64,000 nt of DNA from an uncultured virus (IMG/VR IMGVR_UViG_3300006120_000016) (IMGVR_UViG_3300006120_000016); one strand, 5' to 3'; numbered from the stretch's first letter, positions 38,156-48,667 are shown. The notes: a model not told the origin generated them from the letters alone. Translations and numbers: made by a program.

Positions 38156-41100
38156 ATGTCTAAGTCATATTACATAAGTGCAAATGTCGTTCCCACATAT
38201 GACACCTTTGCGGGTTGGCTTACTAAGACCAATCAGATCATTTATGATATGGGAACGACAGTTCTCACTGTCAACACATCATCTACTCCAGACGTAACAT
38301 CCGGCAATGCTTATGTCAATGGTTATTTTGGCGCTAACACATTATATGTCAGCACAGGACTTCAGGGTGGCACTGCCAATACCGCAGCAAATCTTGCTAT
38401 TGTTTCGGGGTTGACTATAACTGGTCAGACATGGACTTCGGCAAATCTTAATGTAACAGGCTCTGTCAATACTTCTGTTAATGTCAACACTGTAGGACTT
38501 CTTGCTAACAATGGTGTGTTTAATAACAACATTAATGTTAGTAATACTGCAACTCTAAATGTTGCTACTGCTGTTCTTGCTAATGTGACCACAGCAAATA
38601 TTACAACTCTTGGTGTAACTTCTTTAGCATCAGTAGCAAATGCTACAATCACAACTGCCAACATCACAAATATGTCTCTTACTGGTCTGGCAAATATTGC
38701 TGCTGCGAACATTGCAACTCTATATGTGACGAGTTTAGAAGGTGTAGCAAATATCGCTGTTTCTGTTGCTAATATCACAAATGAAACTATTACCGGCACT
38801 TCGAATATTGCTACAGCCAATATTGCTACTCTTGGTGTAACTGGTGTTGCTACGATTGCCACCGGTAAGATTACGACAGCAAATATTACAAATTCGACAA
38901 CATCTGGCACAGCCAATATTGCTACAGCCAATATTGCAACTCTTGGTGTAGCTGGAACTGCAACAGTTGCAACTTCTGTTATAACAACTGCCAATATCAC
39001 AAATGAAACTATTACCGGCACTTCGAATATTTCTATAGCAAATATTACAAATCTCGGTGTAACTGGATCAAGTACGCTTTCAAATTTGAATATTGGTACA
39101 ACAGTTTCTGCAAATCTTCAAGCAAATTCTTCTACTTTATTATTTAATACAAATACTGTATCTAATGGTTCTATTAATTCCACATCTTATACAGGAACTT
39201 CAGCCAATACAGTTCTCTTTTCTGGCCAGTCTCTATCAACTATACAATCTCAGATTACAGGAAATGCTGCCACATCATATTCTAATGCTGTGGCTAATGC
39301 TTCATATCAAGCAGGTGTTGCATATTCTAATGCTGTGGCTAATGCTTCATATCAAGCAGGTGTTGCATATTCAAATGCTGTGGCTAATGCGGCTTATATT
39401 GCAGGTGTCGCATATTCAAATGCTGTGGCTAATGCCGCATCGAGTGCCGCATCACTATATCAGACAACAGCGGGACTGTCGGCAAATGTTCTTACTCTAA
39501 CTGCAAATGGTGCCACATATCTAGGTAATACATTCGGCACATTAGCCAATATTGTGTCATGGATCACAGGAAACTCTGCTACAACATATTCAAATGCTGT
39601 AGCCAATGCGGCTTATATTGCTGGGGTTGCTTATTCCAATGCTGTCAATTATGTTGCTAATAGTGTTACTAACGGTTCTATTATTGCGGCTAACGCCACA
39701 TATTCAGCTAATACTGGGTCTGTTGGTGGGGTGGCAGTTAATACAACTTCTCCTTCAGATGGGTATGTTCTAGCATATGATGCCGGAACATCAAAAATTA
39801 TTTTTAAAAATCCATCAAACATTTCTGTATCATTAAATTCAAATACAATTGTAGCAAATGCACAATTACAAGCGGGTTCTAATGGAACTGGATATGTTAT
39901 AAATGCATATTCCAATAGCACATCATCTAATTTGGTTATCCGCGCAAATAATGTTTCAATCGCTGTAGATTCTGGATCTATCAGTCTTGCAAGTAATGTT
40001 GCGGTCTCTGGCAACTTGACATTTGGAACAATCAATGCAACATCAGTAGGATTAATTGCTAATTCAACATCAATTGCCATTGGAAACAGTTCAGTAAATT
40101 CTGTAATCAATTCAACATCATTTAGTCGGCAAGCAAATGGTGCCACTTACTTGGGTGCAGAAGGTTCGGGTGCCACTTTAGCAACAATTCAAAGTCAGAT
40201 TACCGGAAATGCTGCGACTGCATATGCTAATGCTGTAGCTAATGCTGCTGCAGTTTATCAAACTGCTGCTGGTCTTGTGTCCAATGTTGCCACTCTATCT
40301 GCTAACTCTGCCACATATCTAGGTAATACATCCGGCACTATTGCTAATGTTTCTTCATGGATTACAGGAAATTCGGCAACTGCATATTCAAATTCCGTAG
40401 CGAATACCACATATCAATCCGGTGTTGCATACACAAATGCTATATCCACCGCAGCAACAGATGCATCAAATAAAGCCGCGACTGCATATGCTAATGCTGT
40501 CGCTAATGCTGCTGCACTTTATCAAACTTCTGCTGGATTATCTGCTAATGTTCTTACTCTAACTGCAAATGCGTCTGGTTATCTAAGTAATTCTTCGGGA
40601 ACATTATCAAATATTACATCTTGGATCTCTGGCAACTCTGCCACAGCATTCTCTAATGCTATTGCCAATGCCGCCGCTTCTGCTGCTGGACTTTATCTAC
40701 CCCTAACTGGAGGGACCGTTTCTGGATCATTGATTGTATCTGGTAATCTGACAATTGCTGGTGCCACAACTTATGTAAATACTTCGGTCATCATGACTTC
40801 AGATAAAGCAATTTACCTATCAGCAAACTCAATTAGTGCTGCTGCATCAGATGGGTCTGGAATTTATGCAACAAATGCTGCATCTTTCATATTCAACAAT
40901 GCTACAACATCATGGCAGTCAAATGTCGGTTTCGTTCCATCGGCAAATACATCTTTAAATCTAGGCACAAGCAATCTGTTTTGGTATAATGTTTATGCCA
41001 ATACTGTGGTCTTGACTAATGGGGCAAGTATCAATGCAACTAACTATTCAGGAACTGCTGCGGCGGCTTTGCTTCTAGGGACAGCATCTCTTTCAACTAT

Positions 41101-41947
41101 TACTGGATATATTACAGGAAATTCTGCTGCCGCTAATGCTGCTGCAATTGCTTATGTTTCTGCCAGTCTCTCTAATGGATCTTATGTAGCAGCTAACGCT
41201 ACATATTCAACTAATTCTGGAACTGTTGGTGGTAATACTGCAGCCACACTTTTATCTGCAGCAGGAACTGCATATTCTAATGCAGTCAATTATGTTTCTG
41301 CCAGTCTCTCTAATGGATCTTATGTAGCAGCTAACGCTACATATGCAGCTAATACTGGCTCTCTGAATAGTCAACCCGCATCATATTATACAAATGCAAC
41401 CAACATTGCAACTGGAACAATTAATCCCGCCAGACTCGGATCTGGCACAGCAAACTCTACAACCATTCTTTATGGTAATAATGTATGGGGTGCAGCACCA
41501 TCAGCGGTAAATACTTCGGCTCAATATACATGGTCAAATACTCAGACATTTAGTTCTGGTGTCATTGCTACCGGCAATGTTGGAATTCAAAACACAGCGC
41601 CTGCCACCAGTTTACAGATTGGCGGAAATTATGGAATTGTTGCAACCACCATCGCTTCTACTAATAATATTAACATAAATTGTGCTTCAGGAAACTATTT
41701 CTTGGCAACTGCGAATGGATCATCAGCAAATATTTATTTCACGAGCACTCCAGCAAATACCGCATATGGGCTTACATTGATTTTGTCTAATGGAGGATCT
41801 AATACCTTGGTTTGGGCCAATACTCCAAAATGGGGCAGCGGACTTGCTCCTATACTGACTGCTTCTGGAGTAGATATTTTGACATTTTTCACTAATGATG
41901 GTGGTATAACATGGAGGGGTACATTGATGAGTAAGGATTCTAGATAA
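38156..41947 (+). CDS. long tail-fibre-like protein with Ala/Asn/Thr repeats
   Basis: DTF.GW..KTN N-terminus, repeated ANI(T/A) and YSNAVANA modules, C-terminal W....P.LT.SG.DILTF.T.DGG.TW.G. Confidence 0.75.
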   Translation: MSKSYYISANVVPTYDTFAGWLTKTNQIIYDMGTTVLTVNTSSTPDVTSGNAYVNGYFGANTLYVSTGLQGGTANTAANLAIVSGLTITGQTWTSANLNVTGSVNTSVNVNTVGLLANNGVFNNNINVSNTATLNVATAVLANVTTANITTLGVTSLASVANATITTANITNMSLTGLANIAAANIATLYVTSLEGVANIAVSVANITNETITGTSNIATANIATLGVTGVATIATGKITTANITNSTTSGTANIATANIATLGVAGTATVATSVITTANITNETITGTSNISIANITNLGVTGSSTLSNLNIGTTVSANLQANSSTLLFNTNTVSNGSINSTSYTGTSANTVLFSGQSLSTIQSQITGNAATSYSNAVANASYQAGVAYSNAVANASYQAGVAYSNAVANAAYIAGVAYSNAVANAASSAASLYQTTAGLSANVLTLTANGATYLGNTFGTLANIVSWITGNSATTYSNAVANAAYIAGVAYSNAVNYVANSVTNGSIIAANATYSANTGSVGGVAVNTTSPSDGYVLAYDAGTSKIIFKNPSNISVSLNSNTIVANAQLQAGSNGTGYVINAYSNSTSSNLVIRANNVSIAVDSGSISLASNVAVSGNLTFGTINATSVGLIANSTSIAIGNSSVNSVINSTSFSRQANGATYLGAEGSGATLATIQSQITGNAATAYANAVANAAAVYQTAAGLVSNVATLSANSATYLGNTSGTIANVSSWITGNSATAYSNSVANTTYQSGVAYTNAISTAATDASNKAATAYANAVANAAALYQTSAGLSANVLTLTANASGYLSNSSGTLSNITSWISGNSATAFSNAIANAAASAAGLYLPLTGGTVSGSLIVSGNLTIAGATTYVNTSVIMTSDKAIYLSANSISAAASDGSGIYATNAASFIFNNATTSWQSNVGFVPSANTSLNLGTSNLFWYNVYANTVVLTNGASINATNYSGTAAAALLLGTASLSTITGYITGNSAAANAAAIAYVSASLSNGSYVAANATYSTNSGTVGGNTAATLLSAAGTAYSNAVNYVSASLSNGSYVAANATYAANTGSLNSQPASYYTNATNIATGTINPARLGSGTANSTTILYGNNVWGAAPSAVNTSAQYTWSNTQTFSSGVIATGNVGIQNTAPATSLQIGGNYGIVATTIASTNNININCASGNYFLATANGSSANIYFTSTPANTAYGLTLILSNGGSNTLVWANTPKWGSGLAPILTASGVDILTFFTNDGGITWRGTLMSKDSR
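39276..39434 (+). repeat. 45-bp (15-aa) coding tandem repeat x3.5
   Basis: CATATTC(T/A)AATGCTGTGGCTAATGC starts at 39276, 39321, 39366 and 39411. Confidence 0.9.
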
Positions 41948-43662
41948 TGTCGTTGCTTGGTCCACAATATACTCTATTTGACGAAACCCCTCAATGGAGA
42001 TTTGTAAACTCTGCAACATTTTTCCTTTCGGCCAATGGAACAGTTTCTCTTCCTACAGGCACTCAAGTTGGTGATGCCGTATTTGTTTTTTGTGGAAGCG
42101 TTTCAAACAAAAATCCATCATTTGTGTCTGGATATACATTATCTGATTATAGTAATACTGGATCTACCGGAAGTCAACCAATTCCTTCATATTCATTATC
42201 CACCGCTTACCCAATTGCTAATACAAATGTATTGACTATCAATACAACATCAAATACATCTGGTGTGATATATTCATTTAGGGGAATATCTATTCCCACT
42301 TTTATTGATGCTTTTGTAAATAATACAATAGGGTGCAACTCTTCTTCTACCGGGTCGGCTACTATTCAGACTTTTACAGATAAAACTCCTATACTAAGTT
42401 GTCTGTTGAACTCCAATAATACAATAGTTACATCCAATGGATTTCAATATTTTACTTCAAATAGGGCTTCTAATACCAACTATAGTTCTTTGTTTGTTGG
42501 TGTTGGTTATCAAGATTCTCGTGGCACCTATACACCGGCATCTTTTGGTAATACAGTGAGCGTGGTAAATGCCACTTTTGCAACTGTGGCACTAAGAACA
42601 GGACTCTTTACAGATTCTGTATTTGCATTTAGCACTCAAGGCCAACCCACCAAAACTACCAATGTATTAGTAGGTGGGTCAAATGTAAATACTAGTTCTT
42701 CATTTATGGTGTACCCTCTAGAATTAACTTCTGCTAATATATCAATATCTGGTGGATCTAACTCAACATATTCAACAAATGGATCTGTATATACTTCTGC
42801 TAACAGTACTGTGGGCGGAAACACTATTATTAATATTCAACAAACAGCCGTATTAGGGACTTTAGGGACGAATACAACAAGTCAAGCAACCATCACCGTT
42901 GCAACGCCAAATATGGCGCAAACCGCCAATTTTAGGCTTATCACACAAAGAGCTGTGACAGCATCTGGCGCGACCCCAATTAACAATACAAGCATTACAG
43001 TCGTCACAGGAATGACAACAATATATGCAGTTGCTACTGGATCCGGTGGAACAGGAGTTTTAAGTGGGGGTGGGGGTGGTGGAGGAGCTTTTGCACAAAC
43101 AAATTTCTCTGTAGCATCTGCTCAGACTGTGGTTGTCACTGGCGGATATTACTTTTCAGCATCCAATAGTTCAGTTACATTAAATGGAAATACCGTATTA
43201 TTGGCGGTAGCAGGCGCAAATGGTTCTGGTAATACAGGTGGTGCTGGTGGATCTTCTGCATCATCTATAGGAACAATCAAGTTCTCGGGTGGGGCTGGTG
43301 GGGCTGGTAATGGTTCTGGCGGTGGTGGCGGCGGTGGCGCTGGTGGATATAGTGGAGTTGGTGGAGTTGGTGGCGGACCATCTAGCGCAAATGGATCGAA
43401 TGGTTCTGGCGGCGGTGGCGGCGGCGGTGCATTCTTTGCTGTTTCTGGTTCTGGCGGCGGCGGAGTTGGTTTGAGTGGTGCTGGGGCCAATGGTGCTGGA
43501 GGAACAGCCAATGCTACACTGGCAATAGGTGGTTCAGCCGGTTCTCCTGATACTAATTCAAGCAACGGTTCCAATTGCAACCTTTATGGACAGGGTGGCA
43601 GCAGTGGAGGTGGCGGCAGCGTGGCATCTGGCGGCGAAGGTATAGTAGTAATAAGATGGTAA
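41947..43662 (+). CDS. glycine-rich fibre tip / receptor-binding candidate
   Basis: Long poly-Gly tracts ending GGEGIVVIRW. Confidence 0.7.
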   Translation: MSLLGPQYTLFDETPQWRFVNSATFFLSANGTVSLPTGTQVGDAVFVFCGSVSNKNPSFVSGYTLSDYSNTGSTGSQPIPSYSLSTAYPIANTNVLTINTTSNTSGVIYSFRGISIPTFIDAFVNNTIGCNSSSTGSATIQTFTDKTPILSCLLNSNNTIVTSNGFQYFTSNRASNTNYSSLFVGVGYQDSRGTYTPASFGNTVSVVNATFATVALRTGLFTDSVFAFSTQGQPTKTTNVLVGGSNVNTSSSFMVYPLELTSANISISGGSNSTYSTNGSVYTSANSTVGGNTIINIQQTAVLGTLGTNTTSQATITVATPNMAQTANFRLITQRAVTASGATPINNTSITVVTGMTTIYAVATGSGGTGVLSGGGGGGGAFAQTNFSVASAQTVVVTGGYYFSASNSSVTLNGNTVLLAVAGANGSGNTGGAGGSSASSIGTIKFSGGAGGAGNGSGGGGGGGAGGYSGVGGVGGGPSSANGSNGSGGGGGGGAFFAVSGSGGGGVGLSGAGANGAGGTANATLAIGGSAGSPDTNSSNGSNCNLYGQGGSSGGGGSVASGGEGIVVIRW

Positions 43663-43673
43663 AGGATAAATAA

Positions 43674-44270
43674 ATGTTTGCTTTAGTAGAAAATGGTTCA
43701 ATAACGCAATATCCAGTTGATGAGTTGACAATTCGTCAACAGAATCCACACATATCGTTTCCTGTACAATTTGTTCCGGTAGACCCATATGTAGTAATTT
43801 TTCCAACAGACAAACCAGTCGTATCAGATTCTCATCAGATTGTGTCAGAAGATACTCCAAGTCTAATTGATGATCAATGGGCACAGACTTGGAAGATTAC
43901 AACGTTAACAAAAGATCAATATTCACAGATCTTGGCTCAATCCAAAACTAATGCACTTCAGACTCTGGCAAATATAAGATGGGAATTCCAACAAAAAGGA
44001 ATTTTTTATAATGGGAATATATTCGCCACCGATGATAAGAGCAGAAACGAGTATTATCTAAACTCCAATAATACATTTTCAATTAACTGGAAGATGCCAA
44101 ATGGTACATTTATTGTGCTTACTCCAGAAGATATTCAACAAATTAATACTAGTGTGAAATCATATATACAAAATGCATTCTCTACTGAGTGTAGAGTTGC
44201 AGACCTTATTAACTCATGTAATACAATAGAGGATGTTGAAGCGGTTGCCATTTCCGACTATTTTAACTGA
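43674..44270 (+). CDS. tail-fibre assembly chaperone-like protein (DUF4376-like)
   Basis: YP....IR..NP..SFP...W.QTW; RW..QQ.GI...TD..S...WK...G.F..L.... Confidence 0.65.
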   Translation: MFALVENGSITQYPVDELTIRQQNPHISFPVQFVPVDPYVVIFPTDKPVVSDSHQIVSEDTPSLIDDQWAQTWKITTLTKDQYSQILAQSKTNALQTLANIRWEFQQKGIFYNGNIFATDDKSRNEYYLNSNNTFSINWKMPNGTFIVLTPEDIQQINTSVKSYIQNAFSTECRVADLINSCNTIEDVEAVAISDYFN

Positions 44271-44286
44271 TTACAAGGATCTATAA

Positions 44287-44649
44287 ATGCAAACATTCAG
44301 AGAATTTGTTGAGCAGATTAATCATAAACAAGTGGATGAAGTCCTTAATAGATTTCTACCATTTGCTCAGGAATATCTAAAACTCAAACAACTTCCACCA
44401 GTTCATACTATTTCTGGTAAAGAATCTAAAGAACTTAAATCATTTGGCTGTTATGATGGACATTCAATCAAACTAAATACTGATGGCAGACATCCTATGG
44501 ATGTAATGAGAACTTTAGCTCATGAATTAGTTCATCATGCTAAAGGACATACTGATGGATCAGATGGATCAGATCATGAGAATGAGGCTAATGCAGTTGC
44601 TGGTGTTATTATGAGAAAGTTTGCTAAATCTAATCCAGATTTATTCTAG
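44287..44649 (+). CDS. HEXXH metallopeptidase-like protein
   Basis: RHPMDVMRTLAHELVH......GS..ENEANA.AG.IMR.F. Confidence 0.75.
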   Translation: MQTFREFVEQINHKQVDEVLNRFLPFAQEYLKLKQLPPVHTISGKESKELKSFGCYDGHSIKLNTDGRHPMDVMRTLAHELVHHAKGHTDGSDGSDHENEANAVAGVIMRKFAKSNPDLF

Positions 44650-44685
44650 ATTCGAATCATTATAGATTCATGCAGAGCATAATAC

Positions 44686-44713
44686 AGTATAACATACTTG
44701 ATAGTTATGTCAA
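44686..44713 (-). promoter_or_regulatory. antisense sigma70-type promoter inside the late region
   Basis: TTGACA-16 nt-TATACT with an extended -10 (TGnTATACT). Confidence 0.5.
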
Positions 44714-44789
44714 GCCATAAAATGCAATTATGAACAGAAAACATAAATAATCATAATCACAGGAGGCTACCATTTCTACCAGAGTAAAC

Positions 44790-45098
44790 ATGAGCATCGA
44801 TCAGGGGACAACCTTCAACACTCAGATCAATCTAAATGATTCGTCTGGTAATCCTGTCAATCTGGATTCTTACACCGTAGAATCTCAGATGAGAAAATCC
44901 TACACCTCATCCAATGCATACAACTTTACTGTATCTGCCAACTCCTCTGGTATCATTTCTCTTTCTTTGTCCGCTAATGCTTCCGATGCTATGGACTCTG
45001 GAAGATATCTCTATGATGTTCTTGTCAAGGATCCTCTGGGTAATGTCACCAGAATCATTGAAGGTCAGGTCACAATCAATGCTGGTGTGTCAAGATGA
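44790..45098 (+). CDS. small Ig-like virion protein (fibre adaptor)
   Basis: IDQG.TF......SQMRKSY.S......G.I.LSL.A.....GRY.YDV......TRI.EG.V. Confidence 0.7.
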   Translation: MSIDQGTTFNTQINLNDSSGNPVNLDSYTVESQMRKSYTSSNAYNFTVSANSSGIISLSLSANASDAMDSGRYLYDVLVKDPLGNVTRIIEGQVTINAGVSR

Positions 45099-48000
45099 GT
45101 TCTTGGACTACACCAACACTGACCAACTCTGGAACTTTGTTCAATAATGCCAATGGCACGATCACTGTGGCTTTACCCAATACATCATCTCTATCTGTCA
45201 ATACAGCCGCTCTTACAGCAAACACTCCAGAGATTGGTGAGAGCCAATATTTCTATGTCAAGGCATCTTCTGCTATCACTCTAGGGCAGTTGGTGATGTT
45301 TACTGGTACTGTTGGCGCATCTGGCGTCATTACTGCAGCACCTTCTACTGGCATCACCGATGGGTCATTAATTATTGGTGTTGCTGCTGAATCAATTCCC
45401 ACTAACGGCTTTGGTATGATTCAGAACTTTGGTATTCTGAAGGGATTTGATACAACTGGATCTTCGGCGGGTGAAACTTGGACTGACGGGACCTTCTTAT
45501 ACTATAATCCTAATGTCACTGGTGGGTTTACAAAGAACGAACCTTCATCACCAACTCCCAAGACCTTGATAGCTGCGGTAATCAATGCAGGATCTGGCGG
45601 ATCTGGTTCAATTGTAATTCGGATTACAGACTATCCATCAATTTCGGATATTCAAGAAGTTCAATTAGCTAATACGGCTAATGGACAAGTTCTGGTATAT
45701 AGTGCTTATAGTAATACATGGCAAAATCAGAACTCAAATATTCTAAGTGCTAATTCCGCAACATACCTTGGCAATACAGCGGGAACGCTAGCTAATGTGT
45801 CTTCCTGGGTGACTGGCAACTCTGCTACAGCCTATACCAATGCTGTCAACTATGTAGCCAACGGTGTAGCAAATGGTTCTATTGTTGTCGCCAACGCGAC
45901 TTACGCAGCCAATGCCGGATTGCTGGGTGGAGTGTCACTGACTACACTTCAAAACCAAATCACAGGCAATGCTGCTACGTCCTATTCTAATGCGGTTGTT
46001 AATGCGGCTTATGTTGCTGGTGTTGCTTATGCAAACGCTGTTGCATTTGCTGCTAATGCCTCTAATATTACTACAGGAACTCTTCCTTATGCACAACTTC
46101 CAGCAAATGTTGTAATCTGGTCAAATAATAATATATTCTCCGGCATTGAAACATTCAATGCTAACGTATCGCTGGCATCCGGTAACGGAACAAACCAACT
46201 GTTGATTAATACAATCAATGCCACATCAAGTGGGTTGTTAGCTAATAGCACTGTGTTAACCTTAGGAAACTCTTCGGTTAATGTGGTTGTCAATGCGACT
46301 TCTTTCTCGGGCACCTCTAACAATTCTTTGAATTTAGGTGGGGCGACACTTTCAACAATTCAAACGCAAATCACTGGCAACTCTGCAACTGCATATTCAA
46401 ACGCAACGTCATATACCGACGGAAGAATATCCACCGCAAACTCTGCCATTACAGGTAACTCAAGCACAGCCTATACCAACGCAGTCAACTATGTTGCTAA
46501 TAGTGTCACAAATGGTACTATCGTCGCTGCCAATGCTGTATATGCACAAAATGCAGGAACTCTTAGCAGCGTAACTCTAGCAACACTTCAGAGCCAGATT
46601 ACCGGCAACTCTGCTACTGCCTATACCAATGCGGTTTCTAATGCGGCAGCTTTGTATCAGACAACTGCTGGTCTGTCAGCAAATGTCGCCACTCTGGCAT
46701 CAAACAATTCAACATACTTTGGTGGTTATACTTGGGGATCTCCTCCATCAATTGGAAGCACTGCTGCTAATAGTGCTAATTTTACTACAGCCAATGCAAC
46801 GACGCATTCTGTTGGATCATCATTTATAGCAAATTCCTCAGTACTAAAATCTACAGGACTTGCTAATATTTCTGGTAATGCAGTATTTGGTTCTACTATG
46901 ACTATTGGTGGCGCGGCGGTGTCCGCTGCGGCTTGGACGACCAACGGCATTGGCCTGATCCAGAACGCCACGACCTACACCGACACCAGCACCGCAGCCT
47001 CTGGCACCGTAACAACCGCCTACATGAACTTGCTGGGTGCACAGACTTATGCCGCAACAAACGCAAGCGTTACGGTCAGCGCCCTTTATGGAACTTATTT
47101 CCAAAATCCCGTTCGCGGCACAAACGTCTCTGGAACGAGTACCTATGCACTTGGTGTGGATAGTTTTGTTTCCGCTGGTTCAGCTACATTCAATGGCGCT
47201 TTGCAGGCATATAGCCAGCTAACATTGACAGGGACAACCGGCAACCTCACCGCCGGTTTTGCGACCGCAGCAACTAACTCCGGCTCAACCAAAACCGTCA
47301 ACATCGGCACGGCTGGTCTGTCTGGTTCGACCACGACTATCAGCATTGGCTCGGCGGTCAGTGGCGCGACCAGCACCACGACGCTCAATGGCAGCATTAC
47401 TTTCGCACCCATCGGCGCTACGCTTGCGGCTTGGTCCACCAATGGCGTCGGTCTGATCCAGTCTGCGGCAACATTCACCGACAACACTACTGCAGCATCG
47501 GGCACGGTGGCGACAGCATACATGAACTTGTTCGATGCGCAGACCTATGCGGCCAGCAATACCGGCGTTACGGTCACGAACCTCTACGGGACGTATTTTG
47601 CTGCGCCTACTGCGGGCACGAACGTCACGGCGACTAATGCTTACGCAATTGGTGCACAGAGCCTACTAGTAAATAGCACCGCAGTATTCAACGGGCAATT
47701 ACTGCTGTATGGCTCGACCACGCTCGCCCAAAACCTTTGCACAAATCAGACAGCCGGCGTTATTACGCTCGGCGGCAGCAGCGGGACCGGGACCATATAT
47801 ATAGGACGGTCTTTTGTTTCGCAGACCACTAATATTCAAGCCGCCGCAACCACCTCCGGCTCCACCAAAACCGTCAACATCGGCACGGCTGGTCTGTCTG
47901 GTTCGACCACGACTATCAGCATTGGCTCGGCGGTCAGTGGCGCGACCAGCACCACGACGCTCAATGGCAGCACTATTGCCACCGGCACCATCCAGCTTGC

Positions 48001-48157
48001 CGCCTACACCGTTGCTACACTCCCCACAGCGGGCACGGCAGGGCGCAGGGCTTATGTGACCGATGCAACTGTTCCGACGTTCCTCGGCACGCTCACGGGC
48101 GGCGGGTCAGTTAAAACACCCGTATTCGACAACGGCACCGCTTGGGTGGCAGGATAA
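45095..48157 (+). CDS. mosaic tail-fibre-like protein with GC-rich distal third
   Basis: Shares repeat modules with 38156-41947. C-terminal YTVATLP.AG..G.RAYVTDA...PVF.NGT.W. Confidence 0.75.
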   Translation: MSSWTTPTLTNSGTLFNNANGTITVALPNTSSLSVNTAALTANTPEIGESQYFYVKASSAITLGQLVMFTGTVGASGVITAAPSTGITDGSLIIGVAAESIPTNGFGMIQNFGILKGFDTTGSSAGETWTDGTFLYYNPNVTGGFTKNEPSSPTPKTLIAAVINAGSGGSGSIVIRITDYPSISDIQEVQLANTANGQVLVYSAYSNTWQNQNSNILSANSATYLGNTAGTLANVSSWVTGNSATAYTNAVNYVANGVANGSIVVANATYAANAGLLGGVSLTTLQNQITGNAATSYSNAVVNAAYVAGVAYANAVAFAANASNITTGTLPYAQLPANVVIWSNNNIFSGIETFNANVSLASGNGTNQLLINTINATSSGLLANSTVLTLGNSSVNVVVNATSFSGTSNNSLNLGGATLSTIQTQITGNSATAYSNATSYTDGRISTANSAITGNSSTAYTNAVNYVANSVTNGTIVAANAVYAQNAGTLSSVTLATLQSQITGNSATAYTNAVSNAAALYQTTAGLSANVATLASNNSTYFGGYTWGSPPSIGSTAANSANFTTANATTHSVGSSFIANSSVLKSTGLANISGNAVFGSTMTIGGAAVSAAAWTTNGIGLIQNATTYTDTSTAASGTVTTAYMNLLGAQTYAATNASVTVSALYGTYFQNPVRGTNVSGTSTYALGVDSFVSAGSATFNGALQAYSQLTLTGTTGNLTAGFATAATNSGSTKTVNIGTAGLSGSTTTISIGSAVSGATSTTTLNGSITFAPIGATLAAWSTNGVGLIQSAATFTDNTTAASGTVATAYMNLFDAQTYAASNTGVTVTNLYGTYFAAPTAGTNVTATNAYAIGAQSLLVNSTAVFNGQLLLYGSTTLAQNLCTNQTAGVITLGGSSGTGTIYIGRSFVSQTTNIQAAATTSGSTKTVNIGTAGLSGSTTTISIGSAVSGATSTTTLNGSTIATGTIQLAAYTVATLPTAGTAGRRAYVTDATVPTFLGTLTGGGSVKTPVFDNGTAWVAG
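47288..47972 (+). repeat. 109-bp perfect direct repeat (47288-47396 and 47864-47972)
   Basis: Encodes TKTVNIGTAGLSGSTTTISIGSAVSGATSTTTLNGS twice, 576 bp apart. Confidence 0.9.
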
Positions 48158-48169
48158 ATAGGAATAGTT

Positions 48170-48484
48170 ATGACAATTACGTACGCTTGGTCTATTGATA
48201 AAATGGTTTGTCTTCCAGAGAATAATCTGGTGGTTACAGTATTCTATACTGTAACGGCAACTAACGGAGAACAATCTGCCTCATTAAGCAATGTTGTTGG
48301 TGTATCCTATCAACCGGATGGGAATTTCACTCCATATTCAGAACTTGACCAAAATACAGTGATTGGCTGGGTTCAAGATAATCTTGGGCCTGATTCTATA
48401 GCTAATATCGAAACCAATTTGCAACAAAACATTGAAGCTTTAATAACCCCGCCAGTTATATCATTACCGCCGCCGTGGGCATAA
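48170..48484 (+). CDS. small fibre-associated protein
   Basis: YAWSI...VV.V.Y......FTPY.EL....VIGWV...LG...LPPPW. Confidence 0.65.
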   Translation: MTITYAWSIDKMVCLPENNLVVTVFYTVTATNGEQSASLSNVVGVSYQPDGNFTPYSELDQNTVIGWVQDNLGPDSIANIETNLQQNIEALITPPVISLPPPWA

Positions 48485-48505
48485 ATAATATTGAAGGAGA
48501 ATATA

Positions 48506-48667
48506 ATGACAAATCTTAATATCGTTCTTACCCTTGATGAAGTAAATGGTGTTCTGACCGCACTTGGTCAGCTTCCCACATCATCTGGTGCATACCCTCT
48601 TCTGGTAAAGATTAAGGAACAGGCTGATAGACAGCTTGCCGCAGCACCTGCACCAGTTACTGAATAA
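48506..48667 (+). CDS. hypothetical 53-aa protein (not in the ORF track)
   Basis: MTNLNIVLTLDEVNGVLTALGQLPTSSGAYPLLVKIKEQADRQLAAAPAPVTE; GAAGGAG RBS and CATAAATA upstream. Confidence 0.7.
   Translation: MTNLNIVLTLDEVNGVLTALGQLPTSSGAYPLLVKIKEQADRQLAAAPAPVTE

Noticed and set aside
47288..47972. Diversity-generating retroelement TR/VR pair
   Set aside because: The copies are identical, both lie in-frame in one gene, there are no adenine-specific differences, and no reverse transcriptase is in the window.
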